Shown: positions 8,650 to 16,276 of the stretch, piece after piece | Position numbering within the stretch: position 1 is the first letter of the stretch | Layout: every line of letters begins with the position of its first letter | NCBI GenBank assembly: GCA_964572455.1 | Contig: CAZNFL010000005.1 | Span: forward strand, 219-64,218 | Length of the DNA: 64,000 bases | Direction of reading: 5' to 3' | Origin: an uncultured Anaerolineaceae bacterium | Lineage (GTDB): Bacteria; Chloroflexota; Anaerolineae; Anaerolineales; UBA11579 | The notes under the pieces: generated by a model | Told to the model about the DNA's origin: nothing | Database searches by the model: none | What the model saw: only the letters and a program-made list of their open reading frames with translations | Made by a program: the position numbers and the translations under genes

Positions 8650-9972
8650 ATGCCTACTAACCCTTCCGAAGAACTTTTACGCATCCTCGACTCCGCCCGT
8701 CGCCTGGGCGTTGAGCTCGACGAGGCCGCCGCGCAGCAATGGCTGGCCGCCGTAGCCATCTCTCCCGGCGAGGAAGATGACATCGTGATGGATGTAAAGA
8801 CCGGCGTCTTTGGCCACCGCATCACTATGCTGGACTTCAGCGGCGAGGAACTGGCCCACTTCCGCAAGATCGGCAAGCTGGTGGAATTCAGCGATATCCC
8901 CGGTAAGGTGGAAACCGCCCTGGCGCTCTCCGGCTCGGCCGCCCAATCCAAGATCCAGACCTACCCGGGTGACGCCGATTTCTTTGAGCGCGTCAACATC
9001 ATCGCTCCCACCCGCCAGGATGCCTGCCGCATCCTCGGTGAGCTGATCCGCGAGAAAGCCATGAGCACCCTGGCCGGCCCGGGCTACAAGCTTATTGAAG
9101 TAAAGATGGGCAGCTACCAACAGAACGTAGTGCGTAGTGGCAAGCAGCTGCCCAAGGATTCGCCCATCTCATGGAATACGGACGAAGTCAGCCTTGGGGC
9201 ACTGGAATTGCAAGATGAGAAAGGCAAACCGCTCACCCTCACCTGGGAGCAGGCGGCCCAAGACCCGGGCTGGTGCAAGCTGGACTGGGTGGTGGCCGAC
9301 CTGGTGCGCAAACAACTCGTCAACGCCAGCAACATGCTGGACGCCACCTGGGAAGCCCCCGACGGCGCCATCACTCCGCTGGACGGCTACCTGGACCCTT
9401 ACTTCCAGGAAGTCTATTTGGAAGCCGAGTCCATCCCACTATTCACCAAGCTGGCCAAGCAAGTAGACGGCAACGCGCTGGACCATTACGTGGAACAACT
9501 TGAAAAAGAGGCGCGCAAATACATCACCAAGGATCCTAACTTTGGCAAGGCGGCTAAACGCATGTACAACATCTTCCGCCTCACCGGCCGCTACGAGGAA
9601 GCCGCCTTCCTGCGCGAATTGTTTGACGAGCCTGCCACGGTGCTTTACCAGGTGTGGTCGCTCATCCGCACCATCGATGATTGCTTTTCTCCGGGAGTTA
9701 CATTTGAGCTGGATGCTCTGCTAGGCCAAACGGACCAATTGATCATCAACGTCACCAAGGCTTTGGAGGGTGAACAGGAAGAGGAGATCGTGCGGGAGCT
9801 GTTGCAATTGCGCGATGTCCTCTCGCGCGAGCAGGACTACGATCGTTTATCTACCCGCGCCGAAGCCGCCCGCGCCGAGTTGATCAACCTGGTGAATAAC
9901 TTCTATTACGAACGATTGACAGGGGTACCGACGATCAAAGCATATATGGTTGGTTTAGGGGACAAGAGCTAA
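8650..9972 (+). CDS. nucleotidyltransferase-fold protein of unknown function (Pol-beta/cGAS-like motif set)
   Basis: 440-aa ORF. Motif LSGS(95-96)-x11-D108aD110 (nt 8932-8979), a later beta-strand acidic residue KLD212WVV (nt 9283-9285), and a helical C-terminal half. Confidence 0.5.
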   Translation: MPTNPSEELLRILDSARRLGVELDEAAAQQWLAAVAISPGEEDDIVMDVKTGVFGHRITMLDFSGEELAHFRKIGKLVEFSDIPGKVETALALSGSAAQSKIQTYPGDADFFERVNIIAPTRQDACRILGELIREKAMSTLAGPGYKLIEVKMGSYQQNVVRSGKQLPKDSPISWNTDEVSLGALELQDEKGKPLTLTWEQAAQDPGWCKLDWVVADLVRKQLVNASNMLDATWEAPDGAITPLDGYLDPYFQEVYLEAESIPLFTKLAKQVDGNALDHYVEQLEKEARKYITKDPNFGKAAKRMYNIFRLTGRYEEAAFLRELFDEPATVLYQVWSLIRTIDDCFSPGVTFELDALLGQTDQLIINVTKALEGEQEEEIVRELLQLRDVLSREQDYDRLSTRAEAARAELINLVNNFYYERLTGVPTIKAYMVGLGDKS

Positions 9973-9989
9973 GAGGCACGCCTTTTTCA

Positions 9990-10182
9990 GTCATTCTGAG
10001 CGCTCCCCTTGTCATTCTGAGCGGGTCAATAAGACTCCACCAGAACCGCCGAACTACTCCAGTGAAGAATCCATGGAGCCTAATCTCTCCGACACCACCC
10101 TCTTCTGCGTCTCATTCTTTTCCCGTGTCATACTGAGCGATACCGCCTTTGTCATTCCGGAGTGCTCCTCCGCGAACGGACC
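9990..10182 (+). repeat. cluster of four family 1 module heads
   Basis: GTCATTCTGAGCG at 9990 and 10011 (tail AGTGAAGAATCC ends at 10072), GTCATACTGAGCG at 10127, GTCATTCCGGAGTG at 10151. Confidence 0.8.
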
Positions 10183-10188
10183 TGCCTT

Positions 10189-10608
10189 TTACCAGCTCCG
10201 CATACCCGTCAGATTAATCCGGATCGGTTGCGAGTAGTCAGCCGCAAACTGCTCCGGCGTCATATCCAAATCGGCCATTGCTTTCTTATATTTCTTCACA
10301 TAGGCCGTGTTTTTGTGAGCCACGCCTTTTTCCGCTTCCAGGCTGGCGCTGCCGGTAAGCACTAACACCGTTTCGTTCCCCCACTTGTCGGTATTGAAAT
10401 GCAGCGAAACTCGCGCATGCTGGCGGATATGCTCCAGCTTCCTGCCCTTCGGCTGGCTGTAAATCAGCACATCCTCGCCTTCCAGCGCGAACCATACTGG
10501 GCGCGGCTGCGGCGTCAGGTCGCTGCCCACCGTCGTGAGCCAGATGATCTTTTCGCTGCCGAGCAGCTTTTGAACCTTGCGGCCAAGTTTGGACTGGAAG
10601 TCGATCAT
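10189..10608 (-). CDS. PPOX-class (pyridoxamine 5'-phosphate oxidase fold) probable F420-dependent protein
   Basis: 139-aa ORF. The sequence IIWLTTVGSDLTPQPRPVWF...LIYSQP is typical of the small PPOX/F420 class. Confidence 0.65.
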   Translation of the reverse strand: MIDFQSKLGRKVQKLLGSEKIIWLTTVGSDLTPQPRPVWFALEGEDVLIYSQPKGRKLEHIRQHARVSLHFNTDKWGNETVLVLTGSASLEAEKGVAHKNTAYVKKYKKAMADLDMTPEQFAADYSQPIRINLTGMRSW

Positions 10609-10713
10609 AGGTCTCCTTGGATTCTGCAGCTGCAGTATGTGCTTTGTGGAACGTCAATAGGGTATTGTACAATTGTTCTGAAATGACAGATATCTTCGAC
10701 ATATAATCCGCTT

Positions 10714-10962
10714 ATGAGCGATAAAGCCAACGACACCCATCCGCGCATGGAGGCGATTCAACTTGACCTGCTGAGGCAAGCCCCGGGGTGGCGCAAACTT
10801 GAATTAGTGGACGACCTCAACCGCACGGTTAGAGAATTGAACCTTGCCGGCCTGAGAGCGCGTTACCCACGGGATGATGAAGAAAAATTGCGCCGGAGGC
10901 TGGCAGATCTGCTGCTTGGCGCAGAACTGGCCGAAAAGGTGTATGGCCCGTATCAGCCATGA
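10714..10962 (+). CDS. small hypothetical protein, partner of the downstream NTase
   Basis: 82-aa ORF. TATAAT (10702-10707) ends 6 nt before the ATG, so the transcript may be leaderless. The stop overlaps the next start (ATGA). Confidence 0.5.
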   Translation: MSDKANDTHPRMEAIQLDLLRQAPGWRKLELVDDLNRTVRELNLAGLRARYPRDDEEKLRRRLADLLLGAELAEKVYGPYQP

Positions 10963-11540
10963 ATGATTTGTCGTCGATTTCTATCGCCCTTAAAGTAACG
11001 AGAATACTGGAGGAATTAAACATTGAGTACCTCGTTGTAGGTTCGCTTGCCTCAGCTCTTCATGGAGTCAGCCGTTCCACGCTGGACGGTGACTTGATTG
11101 CCGACCTTCAGGCCCACAACATCCAAGGCCTCGTCGATCGCCTGGGCGCAGAATTCTTTGCCGATCAACAGATGATGCTGAATGCGATAAATCATAAAGG
11201 TTCTTTTAACTTGATCCATAGAGCCAGTATGTTCAAGATAGATATTTTCATTCCCAAAGATTCGTTTAACAGTAGCGAACTGAAACGGCGACAGCGGCAT
11301 CCCTTGACAAAAGATAGTGGAGATTCCGCTTTTGTAGGCACCGCCGAGGATACAATCCTGGCAAAGTTGCGCTGGTATCGACTGGGGAATGAGGTTTCCG
11401 ACCGCCAATGGAAGGATGTTACAGAAATCCTAAAAATTCAGGGCGGCCGGTTGGACCTAAAGTACATGCGTGAATGGGCTGAAAAAATCGGAGTAAGTGA
11501 CCTGCTGACTAAAGCGCTCGCCGAGACAAAAATGCAATGA
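10959..11540 (+). CDS. minimal nucleotidyltransferase (MNT-like) family protein
   Basis: 193-aa ORF with VVG28S-x13-D43gD45L, the Pol-beta NTase signature. 4-nt overlaps with both neighbours. Confidence 0.65.
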   Translation: MNDLSSISIALKVTRILEELNIEYLVVGSLASALHGVSRSTLDGDLIADLQAHNIQGLVDRLGAEFFADQQMMLNAINHKGSFNLIHRASMFKIDIFIPKDSFNSSELKRRQRHPLTKDSGDSAFVGTAEDTILAKLRWYRLGNEVSDRQWKDVTEILKIQGGRLDLKYMREWAEKIGVSDLLTKALAETKMQ

Positions 11541-12961
11541 CCGACCTTTTCGACCACGCCCTCAAACAGCGCCTGGCCACCGAAGCGCCCCTGGCGGCCC
11601 GCATGCGCCCGCGCCGCCTGGAAGAATACATCGGCCAAGACGAGATCGTTGGCGAAGGCCGCCTGTTGCGCCGCGCCATCCAAGCCGACCGGCTGTTCTC
11701 TTCCGTGCTCCTCTGGGGCCCGCCCGGCTCCGGCAAGACCACTCTGGCCATGGTCATCGCCAACCACACCCAATCCCACTTCGAGACCCTTTCGGCCGTC
11801 ATGGCCGGCAAGGCCGATCTGGTAGCCATCATCGAAGCCGCAAAAGAACGCCGCAAGCTGCACAACGTGCGCACCATCCTCTTTGTGGACGAGGTCCACC
11901 GCTGGAACAAAGCCCAGCAAGACGCTCTGCTGCCCCATGTAGAAGTCGGCACCCTCATTCTCATCGGCGCCACCACCGAAAATCCCTACTTCGAAGTCAT
12001 CGGCGCCCTGGTCTCCCGCTCGCGCATCTTCCAGCTGCGCCCGCTGAGCGACGAGAACGTGCGCAAGATCCTGGAGCAGGCGCTGGCCGACCCTGAACGC
12101 GGCTACGGCGCTCGCGCCATCAAAATTGACGAAGATGCCATGCAGCACATCATCCACGTGGCCGGCGGGGACGCCCGCAATGCGCTCAATGCCCTCGAGC
12201 TGGCCGTGGAGAGCACCCCGGCCGGCAAAGACCAGGCCGCCGCCCACATTACTCTTGAGGTCGCCCAGGAATCGATCCAGCGCCGCGCCGTGCTCTACGA
12301 CAAGGACGGCGACGCACACTACGACACTATTTCCGCCTTCATCAAATCCGTACGCGGCTCAGACCCGGACGCCGCGCTCTATTGGCTGGCCAAGATGCTC
12401 TATGCCGGTGAAGACCCGCGTTTCATCCTGCGCCGCCTGCTCATCCTCGCCGGTGAGGATATCGGCCTGGGCGATCCGCAAGGCTTGGTGGTGGCCAGCG
12501 CTGCCGCCCAAGCCTTCGATTATGTCGGCCTGCCCGAAGGCATCTATCCCATCGTGCACGCCACGCTATATCTTTCCACTGCGCCCAAGTCCAACACCGC
12601 CGGCTCTTATTTTGCGGCCTACCAAAAGATCGAAGCCGACGGCCTGGTGGAAGTGCCGGATCCGCTGAAAGATGCCAACCGCGATGCTAAAGCCCTGGGC
12701 CACGGGCAGGGCTATGTCTATCCTCACGCCGAGCCCGAGCACTTTGCCCCGCAGCAATATTTGCCTAAAGATGTATTGGGAACTTATTTCTATACCCCAT
12801 CGGAGCAGGGCTACGAGGCCGAAGTGAAAGAGCGCCTGGCGCGCTGGCGCGAAGCCCAACGCCGCGCCTTGGGCATCACCCGCACCCAGGAGATCCCCGC
12901 CCTGAGCCAGGAGGCAATCGACGAATTGAAGCGCCGCCACAAAACCGGCGGCAACGCTTAG
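11537..12961 (+). CDS. rarA: replication-associated recombination protein A (AAA+ ATPase)
   Basis: Walker A GPPGSGKTTLA, the MgsA/RarA C-terminal domain (YDxxSAFIKSxRGSDPDAALYWLA), 474 aa. Confidence 0.9.
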   Translation: MTDLFDHALKQRLATEAPLAARMRPRRLEEYIGQDEIVGEGRLLRRAIQADRLFSSVLLWGPPGSGKTTLAMVIANHTQSHFETLSAVMAGKADLVAIIEAAKERRKLHNVRTILFVDEVHRWNKAQQDALLPHVEVGTLILIGATTENPYFEVIGALVSRSRIFQLRPLSDENVRKILEQALADPERGYGARAIKIDEDAMQHIIHVAGGDARNALNALELAVESTPAGKDQAAAHITLEVAQESIQRRAVLYDKDGDAHYDTISAFIKSVRGSDPDAALYWLAKMLYAGEDPRFILRRLLILAGEDIGLGDPQGLVVASAAAQAFDYVGLPEGIYPIVHATLYLSTAPKSNTAGSYFAAYQKIEADGLVEVPDPLKDANRDAKALGHGQGYVYPHAEPEHFAPQQYLPKDVLGTYFYTPSEQGYEAEVKERLARWREAQRRALGITRTQEIPALSQEAIDELKRRHKTGGNA

Positions 12962-12974
12962 CGGCTCAACCACT

Positions 12975-13595
12975 ATGCCTATCATCCTGCTCATCCGCCA
13001 CGCTGAAACTGACTTCGTTAAGCAGCAGCGCCTGGCCGGGCGCCTGCCCGGCGCCCGCCTGAACGCCATGGGCCGCGCCCAGGCGGCCGCGCTGGCCGAA
13101 GCCCTGCGCCCCCTCCCGCTGAAAGCTATCTACAGCAGCCCGCTAGAGCGCACCATGCAGACCGCCCAGGCCATTGCCGCCGTGCAAGGGCTGCGCGTGC
13201 ACAAGCGGCCGGGGCTTATCGAGACCGACCTTGGCGCTTGGGAAGGTAAAAGCATCAAACGGCTGCGCCGCACCAAAGAATGGAAGATCTTGCAAGAGAC
13301 TCCTTCTCGCTTCCAGTTCCCCGGCGGCGAATGGGTGGTCGAGAACCAGGCTCGGCTGGTGGCAGAGATGGAAGCTATCTGCGTGCTGCACAAACCCAAA
13401 GATCTGATCGCCTGCATCGGCCACGCCGACCCGATCAAATTCATCATCGCCCATTATCTGGGCCTGCCTTTGGATATGTTCCAGCGCATCATGATCGACA
13501 CGGTCTCTGTCAGCGCCTTAATTTTGGAAACGGGAAAAGCAAAATTGATCAATCTAAACTGGCAGTCCACCGGATTTGGGGATAAACCCGTCTGA
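12975..13595 (+). CDS. histidine phosphatase family protein (MSMEG_4193-type putative phosphomutase)
   Basis: The N-terminal LIRHAET catalytic motif, and its position upstream of the DUF3090 and SCO1664-family genes. Confidence 0.7.
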   Translation: MPIILLIRHAETDFVKQQRLAGRLPGARLNAMGRAQAAALAEALRPLPLKAIYSSPLERTMQTAQAIAAVQGLRVHKRPGLIETDLGAWEGKSIKRLRRTKEWKILQETPSRFQFPGGEWVVENQARLVAEMEAICVLHKPKDLIACIGHADPIKFIIAHYLGLPLDMFQRIMIDTVSVSALILETGKAKLINLNWQSTGFGDKPV

Positions 13596-13634
13596 TATAC
13601 TTGCCGCCATCCGCTTTTCGTTTCCCGCACATAG

Positions 13635-14165
13635 ATGGCCAAATCCAAACTCACCGAACTTAAGCCCGTTGGGCATATCACTACGGACGCTGTCGGCCCT
13701 TCCGGCAAGCGCGTCTTTTACATCCAGGCCTGGAAGGATGATCGCACCGTCACCGTGACCTGCGAGAAGACCCAGATCCAAAGCCTGGCGGTCGGCGTGG
13801 AGCAGTTCCTGGCGGATGTGAACACCAAGTTCGCCGACCTGCCCGACGCCTCCGCCGATTACGATGAAGACCAAATGCACGTCCATCCGCCGGTGGAGCC
13901 GCTGTTCCACGTAGGCCAGCTGGGCTTGGGCTACGATCCGGATACCGACCTGGTTGCCTTGGAATTACGCGCGCTCGCCGAAGGCGAGGAGAAGGCCGAG
14001 GATCTGGCCACCGTGCGCCTGTGGTGTACCCGTTCGCAGATCCGCGCCATGGCCAATTGGGGCCTGGAGATCGCCTCCCGCGGCCGCCCGCTCTGCCCGC
14101 AATGCGGCCAACCCATGGACCCCGAAGGCCACTTCTGCGCCCGCAAGAACGGCCATAAGCAATGA
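13635..14165 (+). CDS. DUF3090 family protein
   Basis: 176 aa with the C-terminal CPQCGQPMDPEGHFCARKNGH zinc-ribbon-like motif. Conserved neighbour of SCO1664-family genes. Confidence 0.7.
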   Translation: MAKSKLTELKPVGHITTDAVGPSGKRVFYIQAWKDDRTVTVTCEKTQIQSLAVGVEQFLADVNTKFADLPDASADYDEDQMHVHPPVEPLFHVGQLGLGYDPDTDLVALELRALAEGEEKAEDLATVRLWCTRSQIRAMANWGLEIASRGRPLCPQCGQPMDPEGHFCARKNGHKQ

Positions 14166-14167
14166 CC

Positions 14168-14196
14168 AGTCGATTAATTGATTAATCGATTAATGG
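14168..14196 (+). repeat. AT-rich TCGATTAAT palindromic element, copy 2
   Basis: AGTCGATTAATTGATTAATCGATTAATGG, starting 3 nt after the DUF3090 stop. Same orientation as copy 1. Confidence 0.7.
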
Positions 14197-14279
14197 CTTC
14201 GCCCTCTTTACTTCCTAAACAACAAGTCCTTGAACTCCTACTCGCCGGTGATATTGACATAACCGGCCAATTCACCCTC
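14193..14279 (+). pseudogene. relic duplicate of the 5' end of the SCO1664-family gene
   Basis: Nt 14217-14276 versus 14410-14469: 46/60 identical by my hand alignment. Peptide PKQQVLELLLAGDIDITGQFT versus NKEKTLQLLLTGDLDITGQFT. The relic frame then runs into a family 1 module. Confidence 0.7.
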
Positions 14280-14285
14280 CCTTTT

Positions 14286-14347
14286 GTCATTCCGAGCGGC
14301 ATAATGAAATCACTACCAGATAGGGACCCAACACAGCGAGGAATCCC
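14286..14347 (+). repeat. family 1 module
   Basis: GTCATTCCGAGCGG ... CAGCGAGGAATCC. Confidence 0.8.
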
Positions 14348-14403
14348 TATAACCTCATATTCCAAATAACCACATTCTGCCTATCGAGCCGCGTTTTTAC
14401 ACA

Positions 14404-15123
14404 ATGAACAAAGAAAAAACACTCCAACTCCTACTCACCGGCGATCTCGACATAACCGGTCAGTTTACCTGGGGCAGCAACTTCACCTTCTTAACCAAAG
14501 TACGCAGCGCCACAACTGTGCTGGACGCCGTCTACAAGCCCCAGCGCGGTGAGCGCCCCCTGTGGGATTTCCCCGCCGAGACCCTGGCCGGCCGCGAAGT
14601 GGCCGCCTTCCTGGTGAGCGAAGCACTGGGCTGGGACTTGGTGCCGCCCACCGTCTTCCGGCCAGATGGGCCGCTAGGCCCCGGCTCCCTGCAAGTTCAT
14701 GTAGCCCACGACCCCGAGCAACACTATTTCACCTTCGCTGCCGAAACCCGTGAGCGCCTGCGCCAAGTGGCCCTGTTCGATCTGCTGGTGAACAACGCCG
14801 ACCGCAAGGGCAGCCACATCCTGCTGGGCGCTGAAGGCAAACTTTGGCTGATCGACCATGGCATCAGCTTCCACGCCGAACCCAAACTACGCACCGTGGT
14901 CTGGGATTTTGTCGGCGAAGAATTTCCTGCTGACTTGCTGACGGATCTCGAACGCTTGGAAGATCAATTGCAGCCTAAGGCGGGGCTGCGCAAAGAACTA
15001 AGAACATATCTAAGCGCGGGAGAACTGGCCGCGCTCGCCACGCGCTTGGCGCAGCTGCTGGCTGACCCGCGCTTCCCCGCGCCGCCCGAGGGGGTTCGCG
15101 CCACCCCTTGGCCGTTGGTCTGA
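14404..15123 (+). CDS. SCO1664 family protein (PI3/PI4-kinase-like fold)
   Basis: 239 aa. A catalytic-loop-like NNADRKGSHILL and WLIDHGISF. Follows DUF3090, as is typical for this family. Confidence 0.7.
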   Translation: MNKEKTLQLLLTGDLDITGQFTWGSNFTFLTKVRSATTVLDAVYKPQRGERPLWDFPAETLAGREVAAFLVSEALGWDLVPPTVFRPDGPLGPGSLQVHVAHDPEQHYFTFAAETRERLRQVALFDLLVNNADRKGSHILLGAEGKLWLIDHGISFHAEPKLRTVVWDFVGEEFPADLLTDLERLEDQLQPKAGLRKELRTYLSAGELAALATRLAQLLADPRFPAPPEGVRATPWPLV

Positions 15124-15173
15124 GCGCTGCCCGCGCTGCCCAGAGTACAATCCCTCGCATGAAACGATGGCTT

Positions 15174-15231
15174 GCGTTGCTTCGCAACGCGTTGGAGAAA
15201 CTACTCGTCTGCCGCCGAGTAACGCTTCTCC
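15174..15231 (+). repeat. repeat family 2 copy
   Basis: GCGTTGCTTCGCAACGCGTTGGAGAAACTACTCGTCTGCCGCCGAGTAACGCTTCTCC. Confidence 0.85.
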
Positions 15232-15253
15232 ACATTCCCAAAGGTAGGTCGCC

Positions 15254-16276
15254 TTGAAACGCTGGCAGTTGTGGCTGGGCATCGCCATCAGCGTGTTTTT
15301 CCTGTGGCTGGTGCTGCGTGACCTGGACTTCGCCGCCTTTTGGGCGCAGGTGCAGACCGCCAACTACTGGTGGCTGCTGCCCGGCGTGGCTGTCTACATG
15401 CTCGCTGTGTGGGTGCGCGCCTGGCGCTGGCATTACCTGCTGCGCCCGCTCAAGGCCATTCCCACCACCACCATGTTCCCCATTGTCGCCATCGGCTATA
15501 TGGGCAATAACATCTACCCCGCTCGCGCCGGCGAGGTGCTGCGTGCCTATGTGCTCAAGAAAAAAGAAGGCGTGGCCATCTCGGCTTCTCTGGCCACTAT
15601 CATCGTGGAGCGCATTTTCGACGGCGTGGTCATGCTGGCCTTCATCTTCGTCAACCTGGGCGAGCTGGCCCGCCTGACCAAAACGGACACGGTCAACGCC
15701 AGTATTAGCATCCAACTGATCGCCTTTTGGGGCAGCCTGGTCTTCTTCTCCGCGCTGCTGGTTTTCCTGCTGGCTGCCATGTTCCCGTCGGCCAGCGAAC
15801 GCGCCCTGGCTTGGCTGGCAGCCCGCCTGGTGCCGCTGCGCTTCCGCGCCGGCGTGCTGGAGACCGGCTCGCGTTTCCTCGGCGGCCTCGAGGCGTTGCG
15901 CTCCCCGCTCGAGATCCTGATGGTCTTCCTCACCTCGGCGGTCATCTGGCTGCTGGAAACCGGCAAATATTGGTTCGTGATGCACGCCTTCAATTTCGAG
16001 GCCTCTTTCTTCGCCCTCATGCTGATGAACGGCGTGGTCAACCTGGCCACCACCATCCCCTCGGCGCCGGGCTACGTGGGCACTTTCGACGCTCCCGGCA
16101 TCGCCGTGCTGGAAGCCTATGGCATCCCGCAGGCGCTGGCCAGCAGTTACACCTTTGTGCTCCACTTTGCCCTGTGGCTACCCATCACCGCCTTGGGCGC
16201 CTACTACCTGGCGCGTGAGGGTATTAAATGGGGCGAAGTCCCCGCCGAGGTACCTCCTCAAGGGAAGGTCACATGA
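15254..16276 (+). CDS. flippase-like / lysylphosphatidylglycerol synthase TM-region family membrane protein (UPF0104)
   Basis: 340-aa multi-TM ORF with a TTG start after AAGGTAGG. The N-terminus WLVLRDLDFAAFW...WRWHYLL is typical of the family. Confidence 0.65.
   Translation: MKRWQLWLGIAISVFFLWLVLRDLDFAAFWAQVQTANYWWLLPGVAVYMLAVWVRAWRWHYLLRPLKAIPTTTMFPIVAIGYMGNNIYPARAGEVLRAYVLKKKEGVAISASLATIIVERIFDGVVMLAFIFVNLGELARLTKTDTVNASISIQLIAFWGSLVFFSALLVFLLAAMFPSASERALAWLAARLVPLRFRAGVLETGSRFLGGLEALRSPLEILMVFLTSAVIWLLETGKYWFVMHAFNFEASFFALMLMNGVVNLATTIPSAPGYVGTFDAPGIAVLEAYGIPQALASSYTFVLHFALWLPITALGAYYLAREGIKWGEVPAEVPPQGKVT

Noticed and set aside
14178-14369. A 63-aa ORF between the DUF3090 and SCO1664-family genes, considered as a real gene.
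   Set aside because: Its first half is a diverged copy of the downstream gene's N-terminus, and its second half is translation of a family 1 repeat. It is better explained as a relic (see the finding on the insertion between DUF3090 and the SCO1664-family gene).
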